This document shows, piece after piece, positions 50,584 to 63,787 of a stretch of DNA of 64,000 nt. Positions within the stretch are counted from its first letter, which is position 1. Every line of letters begins with the position of its first letter. The DNA lies in NCBI GenBank assembly GCA_036171075.1, contig JAVHQJ010000235.1:7391-71390 (forward strand), given 5' to 3'. A program made the position numbers and the translations under genes. The stretch comes from Sideroxydans sp. Lineage in GTDB: Bacteria > Pseudomonadota > Gammaproteobacteria > Burkholderiales > Gallionellaceae. The notes under the pieces are model-generated. The model searched no databases. It was not told the origin of the DNA and saw nothing but the letters and a program-made list of their open reading frames with translations.

Positions 50584-51473
50584 CCGAAACTCAAAACACC
50601 CACAGCGGTTTTATCGCCATTGTGGGGCGCCCCAACGTAGGTAAATCGACTTTACTCAATCATCTCATTGGGCAAAAAATTAGTATCACCTCGCGTAAGG
50701 CGCAAACGACACGCCATCGCATCACTGGCATTCTGACGGAAGATAAAACGCAATTCGTTTTCGTGGATACACCAGGCTTTCAAACACAGCACACCAATGC
50801 ACTTAATCGTGGCATGAATCGCGTGGTGACGAACAGTTTGCGTGAGGTGAATGTGGTGTTGTTCGTGTTGGAAGCGCGCCAGTTTGATGAGCGAGACAAG
50901 CAAGTGTTGGAATTGTTACCGAAGGATCGTCCCGTTATTTTGGTCATCAACAAGGCCGACTTGATGCAAGATAAAAATGAGCTGCTGCCCTTTATTCAAG
51001 AGATTGCAGCCTTGCGACATTTTGCGGCCATCGTGCCAGTGAGCGCGCGCCAAGATAAACATCTGGATACCCTGCTAGATGCGATTCGTCCCTTCCTGCC
51101 AGAAGGCGAACACCTGTATGCTGAAGATGACATCACCGATCGTAACGAACGCTTTTTGGCGGCGGAAATGTTACGCGAAAAAGTATTCCGTTTTACGGGC
51201 GATGAGTTGCCTTACTCCGTGAGCGTCATCATCGAGCAATTCCAAATGGAAGGAAAAATGCGCCGTATTCATGCCGCCATCTTGGTAGATAAAGACGCGC
51301 ACAAAGCCATGCTCATCGGCAGCAAAGGTGAAAAGCTCAAGGAAATTGCCACCCAAGCACGTCTTGATATGGAAAAACTTTTTGATGGGAAAGTGTTCCT
51401 CGAAGTATTCGTCAAAGTACGCAGCGGCTGGGCAGACAGCGCGCAGATGTTGAAGTCATTGGGGTATGAGTAA
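50580..51473 (+). CDS. era: GTPase Era
   Basis: [24 protein letters not shown] domain. Confidence 0.97.
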   Translation: MTETQNTHSGFIAIVGRPNVGKSTLLNHLIGQKISITSRKAQTTRHRITGILTEDKTQFVFVDTPGFQTQHTNALNRGMNRVVTNSLREVNVVLFVLEARQFDERDKQVLELLPKDRPVILVINKADLMQDKNELLPFIQEIAALRHFAAIVPVSARQDKHLDTLLDAIRPFLPEGEHLYAEDDITDRNERFLAAEMLREKVFRFTGDELPYSVSVIIEQFQMEGKMRRIHAAILVDKDAHKAMLIGSKGEKLKEIATQARLDMEKLFDGKVFLEVFVKVRSGWADSAQMLKSLGYE

Positions 51474-52191
51474 CTCCAAACAACGCATGCAGGATGAACT
51501 CTCCTTCGTCCTGCACAATTACCCGTTTCGCGAAACCAGTTTGGTTATTGAGGTGTTCAGCCGACAGCACGGGCGCGTGCCATTGGTGGCGCGCGGTGCG
51601 CGCCGACCCCGTTCAGTACTGCGTGGATTGCTGATGAGTTTTCAGCCGCTTAATTTGAGTTGGTTTGGCAAGCACGAGTTGCGCACACTGCACAGTGCCG
51701 AATGGCAGGGCGGTCAACCGCAATTGCAAGGTACGGCACTGTTGTGCGGGTTTTATCTGAATGAGCTTATTTTGAATTTGATGGCGCGCGACGACCCTCA
51801 CCCCAGCTTGTTTGACTATTATCGGCAGACCTTGCAACGACTTGCCCAAGAGACGGATCACGCATTCACTTTGCGTTGTTTTGAAAAACACATGTTGCAA
51901 GCGTTAGGCTATGCGTTGTCTTTAGAGCGCGAGGCAGGCAGCGACAAACCCATTGTGCCGACACTTACCTACCGCTATATACTCGAACGTGGCGCGATAC
52001 TCGAAACCCCCGATGTCACGCAAGGCATGTCGATAGCAGGTAAAACCCTGTTGGATATGGCGGCGGACGATTACCGTGACGTGAATAGCGCGCGACAAAG
52101 CAAGCAATTGATACGCATGTTGCTTGACTATTATTTAGCAGGAAAGCCATTGCATACGCGTGAACTAATGAGGGATTTACAAAAAATATGA
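51466..52191 (+). CDS. recO: DNA repair protein RecO
   Basis: [30 protein letters not shown]. Confidence 0.95.
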   Translation: MSNSKQRMQDELSFVLHNYPFRETSLVIEVFSRQHGRVPLVARGARRPRSVLRGLLMSFQPLNLSWFGKHELRTLHSAEWQGGQPQLQGTALLCGFYLNELILNLMARDDPHPSLFDYYRQTLQRLAQETDHAFTLRCFEKHMLQALGYALSLEREAGSDKPIVPTLTYRYILERGAILETPDVTQGMSIAGKTLLDMAADDYRDVNSARQSKQLIRMLLDYYLAGKPLHTRELMRDLQKI

Positions 52192-52904
52192 TCAAGCTTG
52201 GACTGAATATCGACCACATCGCCACCTTGCGCCAAGCGCGTGGCGCACGCTATCCCAACCTAATACGTGCCGCACTCATTTGCGAAGAAGCGGGCGCAGA
52301 TGCCATCACCATTCATTTACGCGAAGACCGTCGCCACATCCAAGATGCTGATGTGAATGTGCTGCGCGGCATGTTGCAAACGCGTATGAACCTTGAATGT
52401 GCGGTGACTGACGAGATGATAGATAACGCAGTGCGCGTGAAACCCCATGACATCTGCCTCGTTCCCGAGAAGCGTGAAGAGTTGACCACCGAGGGCGGTT
52501 TAGATGTCATCAAATACTTTGCTGCGGTACAACGCGCTACACAACGCTGCACCGAAGCAGGCATTCGCGTATCACTTTTCATCGACGCAGATGAAAAGCA
52601 ATTAGATGCTGCCAAAAAAGCAGGCGCACCCGTCGTGGAAATTCATACGGGAAAATATGCCGACGCCGATAGCATCCCGACACGTGATGTAGAACTGGCG
52701 CGTATTCAACGCGCTGTTGCTTACGGTCACAGCATCGGTCTGCAAGTGAATGCGGGGCACGGCCTGCACTATCACAACGTACAAGCTATCGCCGCCATCC
52801 CGCATATCGCCGAGTTGAACATCGGCCACGCTATCGTCGCCGAGGCCCTATTCATTGGGCTGGAGCAGGCCGTGAAAAAGATGAAGGCGCTTCTTGTTCG
52901 ATGA
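52188..52904 (+). CDS. pdxJ: Pyridoxine 5'-phosphate synthase
   Basis: [40 protein letters not shown]. Confidence 0.97.
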   Translation: MIKLGLNIDHIATLRQARGARYPNLIRAALICEEAGADAITIHLREDRRHIQDADVNVLRGMLQTRMNLECAVTDEMIDNAVRVKPHDICLVPEKREELTTEGGLDVIKYFAAVQRATQRCTEAGIRVSLFIDADEKQLDAAKKAGAPVVEIHTGKYADADSIPTRDVELARIQRAVAYGHSIGLQVNAGHGLHYHNVQAIAAIPHIAELNIGHAIVAEALFIGLEQAVKKMKALLVR

Positions 52905-53284
52905 TTGCAGGCATCGGTACTGACATCGTTGCAGTAGCGCGCATTGAAGCGGCGATGGCGCGTCATGGCGCACTCTTTGCGCACAAGATATTAAGTGCCA
53001 GCGAGTTGCTTGAATTTTCCACGACGACGCAACCTGCCCGTTTTTTAGCCAAGCGTTTCGCAGCTAAAGAAGCGTTTTCCAAAGCCACCGGGCAAGGATT
53101 ACGTCACCCCGTGAGCATGCGCAATCTCACCGTCAGTCATGACGATTTAGGTAAGCCACTTTTCCTGTTTGATGCCGAACTCAAACAGCGTCTCGATGAA
53201 TTAAACATCTCACAGCACCATTTAAGTATCAGCGATGAGCGCGATACAGCCGTGGCCTTTGTGATTCTTGAAAGGAAAAATTGA
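52901..53284 (+). CDS. acpS: Holo-ACP synthase
   Basis: [23 protein letters not shown]. Confidence 0.96.
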   Translation: MIAGIGTDIVAVARIEAAMARHGALFAHKILSASELLEFSTTTQPARFLAKRFAAKEAFSKATGQGLRHPVSMRNLTVSHDDLGKPLFLFDAELKQRLDELNISQHHLSISDERDTAVAFVILERKN

Positions 53285-54333
53285 TGGGTAACGGGCCAGT
53301 GATGTTGGATGTGTTGGGCAAGACGCTTACGCCTGAAGATGAGGTGCGCTTGCGTCATCCTCTGGTCGGCGGCGTTATTTTGTTCTCGCGCAATTACGAA
53401 TCGCCCACTCAACTCGCTGCCCTCACTGCCCGTATCCGCGAGTTACGCACACCGCCCTTATTAATTTCGGTTGATCACGAAGGCGGCCGAGTGCAGCGCT
53501 TTCGCGAAGGTTTTACACGCATTCCACCTATGCGTGAATTAGGCAAAGCCTATGACGAAAATCCGAAGCACGCGAAGCATTTGGCGCAGCAAGTGGGTTA
53601 TGTGATGGCTGCCGAATTGCGCGCCTGCGGTGTTGATTTTAGTTTTACCCCCGTGTTGGATGTGGATTACGGCGCGAGCAGTGTGATTGGTGATCGCGCT
53701 TTCCATACTGAACCCAACGTCATTTCCGAGTTGGCGCACAGCCTGTTGATGGGCCTAAGAGAGGGCGGTATGCCAACGGTGGGTAAGCATTTTCCAGGGC
53801 ATGGTTTTGTGTGTGCCGATTCGCATTTGGAAATTCCTGTGGATGAGCGCAGCTATACCGACATCGAACTTTGCGACCTGATTCCCTTCCGTCAGATGGT
53901 GAAGTTTGGGCTGACTGCGGTGATGCCTGCGCATGTGATTTATCCCAAAGTCGATGCACGTCCAGCGGGTTTCTCTAAAGTGTGGCTGAAAGATATTTTG
54001 CGTGGTGAATTGGGTTTTGAGGGCTGCATTTTCAGTGATGACTTGAGTATGGAAGGCGCCACCGTGGCGGGCAGTATTGTGCAGCGCGCGGAAGCTGCGC
54101 TACAGGCCGGTGCGGATATGGTGTTGGTGTGCAACAAACCTGACTTGGCGGATGAATTGCTAGCAGGATTGCAGTGGGACATGCCCGTTACCAGCAAGGC
54201 GCGCCTCGCGCAGATGCATGGCAAGCCTCACCCCAAAATGTTGGCGCAGTTGCACGAAGATGCCGCGTTCATCAAAGACCTGCAAGACATCAGTAAAATC
54301 GGCGTGAGCACAGGCGTTTTACCCTTGGTTTGA
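53284..54333 (+). CDS. nagZ: Beta-N-acetylhexosaminidase
   Basis: [16 protein letters not shown]...DSH, SDDLSM. Confidence 0.96.
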   Translation: MGNGPVMLDVLGKTLTPEDEVRLRHPLVGGVILFSRNYESPTQLAALTARIRELRTPPLLISVDHEGGRVQRFREGFTRIPPMRELGKAYDENPKHAKHLAQQVGYVMAAELRACGVDFSFTPVLDVDYGASSVIGDRAFHTEPNVISELAHSLLMGLREGGMPTVGKHFPGHGFVCADSHLEIPVDERSYTDIELCDLIPFRQMVKFGLTAVMPAHVIYPKVDARPAGFSKVWLKDILRGELGFEGCIFSDDLSMEGATVAGSIVQRAEAALQAGADMVLVCNKPDLADELLAGLQWDMPVTSKARLAQMHGKPHPKMLAQLHEDAAFIKDLQDISKIGVSTGVLPLV

Positions 54334-54415
54334 AGGCCTCTGTGCACTTACCGTAGAGGGAAACTAAATGCGATAATCCGCACCATTAAATTTCCAAAAA
54401 ATTGTGCTGGGCGCT

Positions 54416-55462
54416 ATGAGTGAATTCCAATTAAGTTTATTAAGTATTGGCGTAGTCGTGATTGTCGCGGTCTATAGCTACGGACGCTGGCAACAGTGGC
54501 GTTATCAACGCAGTGTGAATAAGCCTGACCTATCCGACGTGCGCGATTCCTTACGTAGTCCCGTGATGGACGAAGCGCAAGTCAATCCCTCATCCGCTTC
54601 TGAAGCCACACATTTCATTCCCACATCCAATGCTGACACGGATGCCAAACTAGATGAGCGAACTGACTACATTGTTCATTTCATTCTCAAATTCCCTTTA
54701 ACTGCACAAGCCTTAGATGGCTTTTGGGCGCGTCGTTTTGATTACAGCAAGACCGTGCAAACTATTGGTTGCAACGCCGCAACAGGGGCATGGGAGCGTG
54801 TCATTCCCGAAGGGCGCATTTCCTATTCCGAATTCAAAGTGGGCTTGCAACTGGTGGATAGAAATGGCGCGATAAGCGACACGCGCCTCGCTGACTTCCG
54901 CGAGTTATTGGGTGAGATTGGACGCAAGCTGGAAGCGGACTTGACCCTGCCTATGGTGGAAAGCGCCATGGAGCGCGCGCGCGAGTTAGATAAATTTTGC
55001 GCAGAAGTGGATCAAATTGTAGGTATCAACATCGTACCCAATAGTGAACGTGTTTTATTTGGTGGCGAGTTGGCGAATACATTGCAGACAGTGGGCATGA
55101 GCTTGCAGGCGGATGGCACTTTCCATCAATTTGATAGCGAGGGCGCCACCCTCTTTACCTTAAGTAGTGCGGAAGGTATTCCGTTCCAGCACCACACGCT
55201 CGATCAAATGCAGGTGGGTAATTTAACTTTGTTATTGGACATACCTCGCGTACAAGACCCCGTCATTCATTTTGATGAGATGACCATGTTGGCGATGGAA
55301 GTGGCTAGCATTTTGCGTGCAAGTTTGGTGGATGATCAGCGCGTTATTTTGAGCAAAGGCGCGATTGAAAAAATGCGTGCGCAGATTGAAACTGTGCTGC
55401 AACGTATGCAGGCTGGCGGTGTGATAGCGGGTAGTGAAACCGCGTTGCGGCTGTTTCCCTAA
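54416..55462 (+). CDS. zipA: ZipA-like cell division protein (C-terminal FtsZ-binding domain)
   Basis: N-terminal TM, LQLVDRNG, LLLDIPRV, LVDDQR, ALRLF; directly upstream of ligA. Confidence 0.8.
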   Translation: MSEFQLSLLSIGVVVIVAVYSYGRWQQWRYQRSVNKPDLSDVRDSLRSPVMDEAQVNPSSASEATHFIPTSNADTDAKLDERTDYIVHFILKFPLTAQALDGFWARRFDYSKTVQTIGCNAATGAWERVIPEGRISYSEFKVGLQLVDRNGAISDTRLADFRELLGEIGRKLEADLTLPMVESAMERARELDKFCAEVDQIVGINIVPNSERVLFGGELANTLQTVGMSLQADGTFHQFDSEGATLFTLSSAEGIPFQHHTLDQMQVGNLTLLLDIPRVQDPVIHFDEMTMLAMEVASILRASLVDDQRVILSKGAIEKMRAQIETVLQRMQAGGVIAGSETALRLFP

Positions 55463-58373
<2,911 letters not shown>

Positions 58374-58375
58374 CC

Positions 58376-58918
58376 ATGAACAAGCTTGAAGCGCGACGTG
58401 TGCTTGCCGATGCGGAAATGCTCTTTAGCGCCGAGTCAGTGCAGAGTGCATTACAACGCGTGGCGCAACAAATTAACGCGCAACTAGCCGATCAACATCC
58501 GCTGGTGTTGTCGGTGATGGGCGGTGCGGTGGTATTCAGCGGGCAATTGTTACCTCTGTTGAACTTCCCACTCGACTTCGATTACCTGCACGTGTCGCGT
58601 TACGGTGATGAAAAGCAGGGTGGTGAATTGCAATGGAAAGTAGCCCCACGCGAAAATGTGCGCGGCAAAGTGGTGTTGGTGTTGGACGACATTTTGGACG
58701 AAGGCTACACCATGTATGCGATTCAACAACGCGTCATGGAATTGGGCGCAACGCAATTTTATTGCGCCGTATTTGCCGACAAAATTCACGGCAAAGCCAA
58801 ACCTATTCAAGCAGATTTTGTGGGCTTGGAATTACCGAATCGCTTTGTATTTGGTTACGGTATGGATATTCACGGCGCATGGCGTAATTTGCCGGCGATT
58901 TATGCGGTGAGGGAATAG
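58376..58918 (+). CDS. hpt: Hypoxanthine-guanine phosphoribosyltransferase
   Basis: PRPP motif VLVLDDILDEG; FVFGYGMD; RNLP. Confidence 0.93.
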   Translation: MNKLEARRVLADAEMLFSAESVQSALQRVAQQINAQLADQHPLVLSVMGGAVVFSGQLLPLLNFPLDFDYLHVSRYGDEKQGGELQWKVAPRENVRGKVVLVLDDILDEGYTMYAIQQRVMELGATQFYCAVFADKIHGKAKPIQADFVGLELPNRFVFGYGMDIHGAWRNLPAIYAVRE

Positions 58919-58940
58919 GATTCAGGATTCAGGATTCAGG
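58917..58940 (+). repeat. Heptamer tandem repeat (AGGATTC)x3.4
   Basis: Directly visible at the hpt stop. Confidence 0.8.
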
Positions 58941-58989
58941 AAAACTGCAGTGCCGCATTTAACGCAATCCTAAATTTTAGTAAATGAGC

Positions 58990-59231
58990 TTCATCAGGCT
59001 GTTGCATGGGGTAGGGATCGATTCGTCAGCGGTTCGAAAAACAAGGTTTTTCACCGAGTCCTCCCCCACCCCAGCCCTCCCCCGTTGGGAGAGGGAGTTG
59101 GCTCTACGTAGCGCTGGGTTTAGTCCCTCTCCCAACGGGGGAGGGATTAGGGTGGGGGAGGACTCGGTGAAGATTCCTAGCCTCGTTTTGAGGAATGATT
59201 TGTATTTAAGCCCATGCAAAAGTCTGATGAA
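58990..59231. mobile_element. MITE-like ~240-bp palindromic element carrying two inverted boxC-like units
   Basis: 21-bp terminal inverted repeats, 19/21 match (58990-59010 / 59211-59231); inner arms 59050-59096 / 59124-59171. Confidence 0.6.
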
Positions 59232-59248
59232 CCACAAAGGAGTTTCAA

Positions 59249-59995
59249 ATGCTAGCAATCATCGGCGGTACCGGTCTTAACCAACTGGGTAATCTTAAAA
59301 TTACGCATCGGCAAGTGATGCGTACTCCCTTTGGCGAACCGTCTGGGCCGCTCACGTTCGGCACGATTAACGAACACGAGGTGATGTTCATCGCGCGTCA
59401 CGGCTATGGTCACACCATCCCGCCGCACATGGTCAACTACCGCGCCAACTTATGGGCGCTACGCGACCAAGGCGCGAAGCGTGTCATCGCCGTGGCGTCG
59501 GTGGGCGGTATTCGTGCCGACTTAATCCCGGGTACGTTAGTCGTGCCCAGTCAAATTATTGATTACACGCATGGGCGCGCCTTCACCTACTTTGATGGAC
59601 GTGAACAGTCTGTGACGCATATTGATTTCACCCTGCCCTACACCGAAGCGTTACGCCAAAAAATCTTGCTGGCCGCGCATCACGCAGGCGAAACCTGCGT
59701 TGACGGTGGCGTATATGCGGCCACCCAAGGGCCACGTTTAGAAACCGCCGCAGAGATAAATCGATACGAGGGGGACGGTGCAGACATGGTGGGGATGACA
59801 GGTATGCCAGAAGCCGCCTTGGCGCGCGAACTCGGAGTGGAGTACGCCAACATCGCTGTGGTGGTGAATTACGCAGCGGGACGTGGCACTAGCAAGCAAG
59901 CGATTGCTTTAGATGAAATTGGCACGTTCGCACAACCTGCCATGGCGCGTGTGCGCAAAATTTTAGAGGGTGTGGTGGAGCGCTACGACAATTAA
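59249..59995 (+). CDS. S-methyl-5'-thioinosine/methylthioadenosine phosphorylase
   Basis: IIGGTG, RHGYGH-IPPH-VNYRAN, GPRLETAAE, VGMT-MPEA; VNYAAG suggests 6-oxopurine (MTI) type; strong AAGGAG RBS. Confidence 0.9.
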   Translation: MLAIIGGTGLNQLGNLKITHRQVMRTPFGEPSGPLTFGTINEHEVMFIARHGYGHTIPPHMVNYRANLWALRDQGAKRVIAVASVGGIRADLIPGTLVVPSQIIDYTHGRAFTYFDGREQSVTHIDFTLPYTEALRQKILLAAHHAGETCVDGGVYAATQGPRLETAAEINRYEGDGADMVGMTGMPEAALARELGVEYANIAVVVNYAAGRGTSKQAIALDEIGTFAQPAMARVRKILEGVVERYDN

Positions 59996-60015
59996 GCTGA
60001 AATCAAAGCGCCCTC

Positions 60016-60098
60016 CGCAGATTGAATAGCCTGCAAAACTTGCATTGGGCGTTGGGTTTTTAATCTGCGTGAATCTGCGTGAATCTGCGAAATCTGCG
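60016..60098. repeat. AATCTGCG x4 tandem array with one inverted copy
   Basis: AATCTGCG at 60062, 60072, 60082, 60091; CGCAGATT at 60016. Confidence 0.75.
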
Positions 60099-60143
60099 CT
60101 TAAGTTTTTGTGGTGCATCAAAGTGAAGGAAAGGCCATCAGTC

Positions 60144-60677
60144 ATGTCCGTTAGAGAAGTCCTGCGTATGGGCGATGTGCGCTTGTTGCAGCGCGCCGAA
60201 CCCATCACCAATTTTGGCAGTCGTGAGTTGCAAAATTTGCTGGCCGACATGCGCGACACCATGCTCGCCTTGGACGGTGTGGGACTGGCCGCTCCACAAA
60301 TTGGTATTCAATTGCGCGTGGTCATCTTTGAGGTGAGCAAAAATCCGCGTTATCCCGATGCCGAAGCCGTGCCACAAACCGTGCTCATCAATCCTATCCT
60401 CACGCCCTTATCGGATGCGATGGAAGAGGATTGGGAAGGCTGTTTGAGTGTGCCCGGTTTGCGTGGACGTGTGCCGCGCTACACCCACTTACGTTACCAA
60501 GGTTTGGATGAAAAGGGCGGCGTGATAGACCGTACCGTGAGTGGATTCCATGCGCGCGTGGTGCAACATGAATGCGATCACTTGGATGGAATTTTGTACC
60601 CCATGCGCATCACTGATATGCGTCAGTTTGGATTCGGCGATGTGCTCTTCCCCAATCAAAACGGGCAGGATGAATGA
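60144..60677 (+). CDS. def: Peptide deformylase
   Basis: GVGLAAPQIG, EGCLSVP, QHECDHLDG. Confidence 0.95.
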   Translation: MSVREVLRMGDVRLLQRAEPITNFGSRELQNLLADMRDTMLALDGVGLAAPQIGIQLRVVIFEVSKNPRYPDAEAVPQTVLINPILTPLSDAMEEDWEGCLSVPGLRGRVPRYTHLRYQGLDEKGGVIDRTVSGFHARVVQHECDHLDGILYPMRITDMRQFGFGDVLFPNQNGQDE

Positions 60678-61687
60678 AATACGCCGCTCGCCAAGAATCT
60701 AAAGTCATTCGCAATCTGCGCTTGTCGCTCCTGTTATTGGTGGTGGTGTTCGCGGTGGGTACGGTGGGCTACCGCATACTGGGCGATTTCCTGTACACCT
60801 GGCAAGACTGTTTCTATATGACCTTCATCACTATCGCCTCGATTGGCTATGGCGAAATTGTGGATGTCACACATTACGAATATGGGCGCATGTTCACCGT
60901 GTTGATTGGCATTTCTGGAATCGGTGTGTTGGGTTTTGTGTTGTCTACGGTGACCACTTTTATGTTGGAAAGCGACCTTAACGTCTCTTGGCGGAGAAAT
61001 AAAATGTACAAAAAAATTGATCAGCTGCAAGGCCATTACATCGTGTGCGGCGTTGGTTTGGTGGGCAGCAACGTAAGCAATGATTTGAATCTCACGGGGC
61101 GCACCTGCGTGATTGTTGAAAACGATGTGGATAGCATCAATCGTTATTTAGAATCCAATCCAGAACAGCTTTATGTCAGTGGCGACGCCACCGACAACGA
61201 CGTGCTACTGGCCGCAGGGGTGATGCGCGCGAAAGGTTTATTTGCGGTGGCACATGATGACAGCGCCAATCTGGTGATTAGCTTGAGCGCTAAACAATTG
61301 AACCCAGATCTGCGCGTAGTGGCACGTTGCCATAACGTGAAAAATGCAGAAAAAACGCGGCGCGCGGGTGCAGATGAAATTGTCTCGCCAGACTTTAGCG
61401 GCGGTTTACGTTTGGTCTCCGCAATGGTCAGGCCGAATGTGATGAACTTTCTCGACGAGATGGTGAAGTCGGATAGTAATTTGCGCATGGAAGAGGTGGT
61501 GATGTCCGACCGTATGCAGGGCAAACCCTTGGTGGCGTTATCGCACCCCAACCAAGATGCCTTGGTGTTAGCAGTGCGTAGGCGCGGCGAGTGGGAATTT
61601 AATCCGCCCAGTCACTATGTTTTGCAAAGCAACGATGTGTTGATGGTGATGGCCACCCCCGCAGGGCGTGCGCGTCTAGCGCAATAG
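60674..61687 (+). CDS. 2-TM potassium channel with RCK (TrkA-N/TrkA-C) domains
   Basis: Pore TIASIGYGE; Rossmann VCGVGLVG; GDAT; RAGAD. Confidence 0.9.
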   Translation: MKYAARQESKVIRNLRLSLLLLVVVFAVGTVGYRILGDFLYTWQDCFYMTFITIASIGYGEIVDVTHYEYGRMFTVLIGISGIGVLGFVLSTVTTFMLESDLNVSWRRNKMYKKIDQLQGHYIVCGVGLVGSNVSNDLNLTGRTCVIVENDVDSINRYLESNPEQLYVSGDATDNDVLLAAGVMRAKGLFAVAHDDSANLVISLSAKQLNPDLRVVARCHNVKNAEKTRRAGADEIVSPDFSGGLRLVSAMVRPNVMNFLDEMVKSDSNLRMEEVVMSDRMQGKPLVALSHPNQDALVLAVRRRGEWEFNPPSHYVLQSNDVLMVMATPAGRARLAQ

Positions 61688-61723
61688 GGACGGGGAGTCA
61701 TTTAATTCACACAGGGTGGCGAT

Positions 61724-62821
61724 ATGCAAATCGACGCATTGCGGCTGTATCAACAACAAATTGCGCAGGCACAATTTACAACACCGCAACAAGTGGTGGC
61801 GTGGCTGGGCGGTATGCAAGGGCAAGACCTGCCTGGGGTGAAATGGTCAATTGGATTGCGTCTGTCCAATGCCGTCGAAGCAGACATCAATACCGCCTTC
61901 GACACAGGCCAGATTATCCGCACGTGGCCCATGCGCGGCACTTTACATGTGGTTGCCGCAGCCGATGTGCGATGGATGCTCTCACTCACCTCTCCGAAAA
62001 ATCTCACAGGCAGTCAGAAACGGCGCGACGCCTTGGAGTTGGACGACAAGACACTCGCCCGTTGCCATCAAGTCTTCATCAAGGCCTTGCAAGGCGGCAA
62101 ACAAAAGAACCGCGACGAGATGTATGCCGCACTGCAAGGGGCAGGTATCTCTGTTGAAGGTCAGCGCGGTTATCACATCCTGTGGAACGCAGCACTGCAC
62201 GGCCTCCTCTGCCTCGCGTCCACAGACGCAAAAGAGCAGAACTACGCTTTGCTGGAAGAATGGGTAAAGCCAGCAAAAAACAAGACGCGCGACGAAGCGT
62301 TGGCGGAATTGGCTTGGCGATATTTCAGTAGTCGCGGCCCGGCGACAATCAAAGATTTCATCTGGTGGTCAGGCTTGAGTGCAACTGAAGCGCGAGCAGG
62401 ATTTGCCGACATCCAATCGAAATTGGTATCCGAGACGCTGCATAAAACGGAGTATTGGGTGTCGCCTGAAATCGGCTTGCCTAAAGCGAAATTGAGCGCA
62501 TTTGCGTTGCCCGGTTTCGACGAATACATTTTGGGCTATCAAGACCGCAGCGCAGTATTAGACGCGCAACACGCCGACGCAATATGCCCGGGTGGAAATG
62601 GTATGTTTGCCTCAACCATGGTTGTGAACGGACAGGTGGCCGGCACGTGGAAACGCAACTTCAAAAAATCGGGCATTGAAATGGTGGCGAGTCCATTCGC
62701 TGTGATGAGTAAACAAGATAAATTAAATTTTGAGGAAGCTGCCGCACGCTATGGTCACTTTATGTGCTTGCCCGTGCGGCTCGGTTCAATAAAAAATAGT
62801 GGAGATGAAAATGAAAAATAA
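61724..62821 (+). CDS. AlkZ-like (HTH_42) DNA glycosylase / winged-helix protein
   Basis: QxQ motif (MQGQD), RTWPMRGTLH, GPATIKDFIWWSGL, LPGFDEYILGY. Confidence 0.85.
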   Translation: MQIDALRLYQQQIAQAQFTTPQQVVAWLGGMQGQDLPGVKWSIGLRLSNAVEADINTAFDTGQIIRTWPMRGTLHVVAAADVRWMLSLTSPKNLTGSQKRRDALELDDKTLARCHQVFIKALQGGKQKNRDEMYAALQGAGISVEGQRGYHILWNAALHGLLCLASTDAKEQNYALLEEWVKPAKNKTRDEALAELAWRYFSSRGPATIKDFIWWSGLSATEARAGFADIQSKLVSETLHKTEYWVSPEIGLPKAKLSAFALPGFDEYILGYQDRSAVLDAQHADAICPGGNGMFASTMVVNGQVAGTWKRNFKKSGIEMVASPFAVMSKQDKLNFEEAAARYGHFMCLPVRLGSIKNSGDENEK

Positions 62822-63296
62822 ATGGCTAGCGCTCATTCTGTTTGGATTGCTGTGCAACAAACCCGCCCAAGCGGAAGTAGAACTCTCGCTGGGGCAAACG
62901 TTGTATCTGCCTATTTACTCGCATATCTGGCATGGCGACAAAATCGTCGACAACAAGTATCCCAACAAGGCGCAAGTATCGGCCTTGGTGAGCATCCGTA
63001 ATACCAGCCTAAAAACGCCGATTCGCATTTTGTCCGCACGTTACTACAGCACCGATGGAAAGTTGCTCAAGGAATACCAGCCGCAAGCAGCGCAGGTGGG
63101 GGCAATGGGCACGCTAGAGCTTTTTGTGGAGCGTAAAGAATCCGCAGGGGGCTCGGGGGCTAATTTTATTATTCAATGGGAGGCCGCAACGCCCACCAAC
63201 CCACCCGTGGTGGAAGCGATTCACGCTGACGTGCGCGGCGGTGCGCCGGCCTTGTCATTTGTCACCACCGCCCGAGTTATCAACCCTGAAAAATAA
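62811..63296 (+). CDS. DUF3124 secreted protein
   Basis: Signal peptide; GQTLYLPIYSHI, SIRNT, GGSGANFII; alternative start 62805. Confidence 0.85.
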   Translation: MKNKWLALILFGLLCNKPAQAEVELSLGQTLYLPIYSHIWHGDKIVDNKYPNKAQVSALVSIRNTSLKTPIRILSARYYSTDGKLLKEYQPQAAQVGAMGTLELFVERKESAGGSGANFIIQWEAATPTNPPVVEAIHADVRGGAPALSFVTTARVINPEK

Positions 63297-63367
63297 AATA
63301 CTGAGGACAATGCCTTGTCAGCAGTGGAACGGCTACTCACTGAATGTAATTTTGTGGAGGCGCAAGC

Positions 63368-63787
63368 ATGAACCCGGTTAACCAATTCATAGAAATTGCC
63401 CCCGACTCGCCCACATGGACATCCATCGTCCCGCAAGACAAGGCGGACAAACGCACCATCGCCAGCATCGAATATGAATTACTCGCAGCGCATCCCTACT
63501 GCTACACCCTAGATGAATTGCAGTTCGCAGTGAATGCGATGCGCAATCAAATATCCGAAGACGAACTGCAGGCGCAACGTCGCGCACTGTGGGATGCATT
63601 TTTCTCCAAGCCCCACGCCTGCATGCGTGCTTCACCCCTCACCAAAAAATATGGCTGGGGCGTGCATTACGACGAACAGGGAAAGATTGCTTTGTATGCC
63701 GTCGAGAGCAATGAGTATCAGCGCTTCGTCAACGACAAGAAAATGCAGAAATATTTTGCGATGCGCAGCAAACGGGCAGACAAATGA
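63368..63787 (+). CDS. DUF6157-like protein
   Basis: FIEIAPD, PYCYT, FFSK...CMRASPLTKKYGWGVH. Confidence 0.75.
   Translation: MNPVNQFIEIAPDSPTWTSIVPQDKADKRTIASIEYELLAAHPYCYTLDELQFAVNAMRNQISEDELQAQRRALWDAFFSKPHACMRASPLTKKYGWGVHYDEQGKIALYAVESNEYQRFVNDKKMQKYFAMRSKRADK

Noticed and set aside
58977-59280. Overlapping +/- ORFs with similar translations
   Set aside because: Artefact of the long palindrome.
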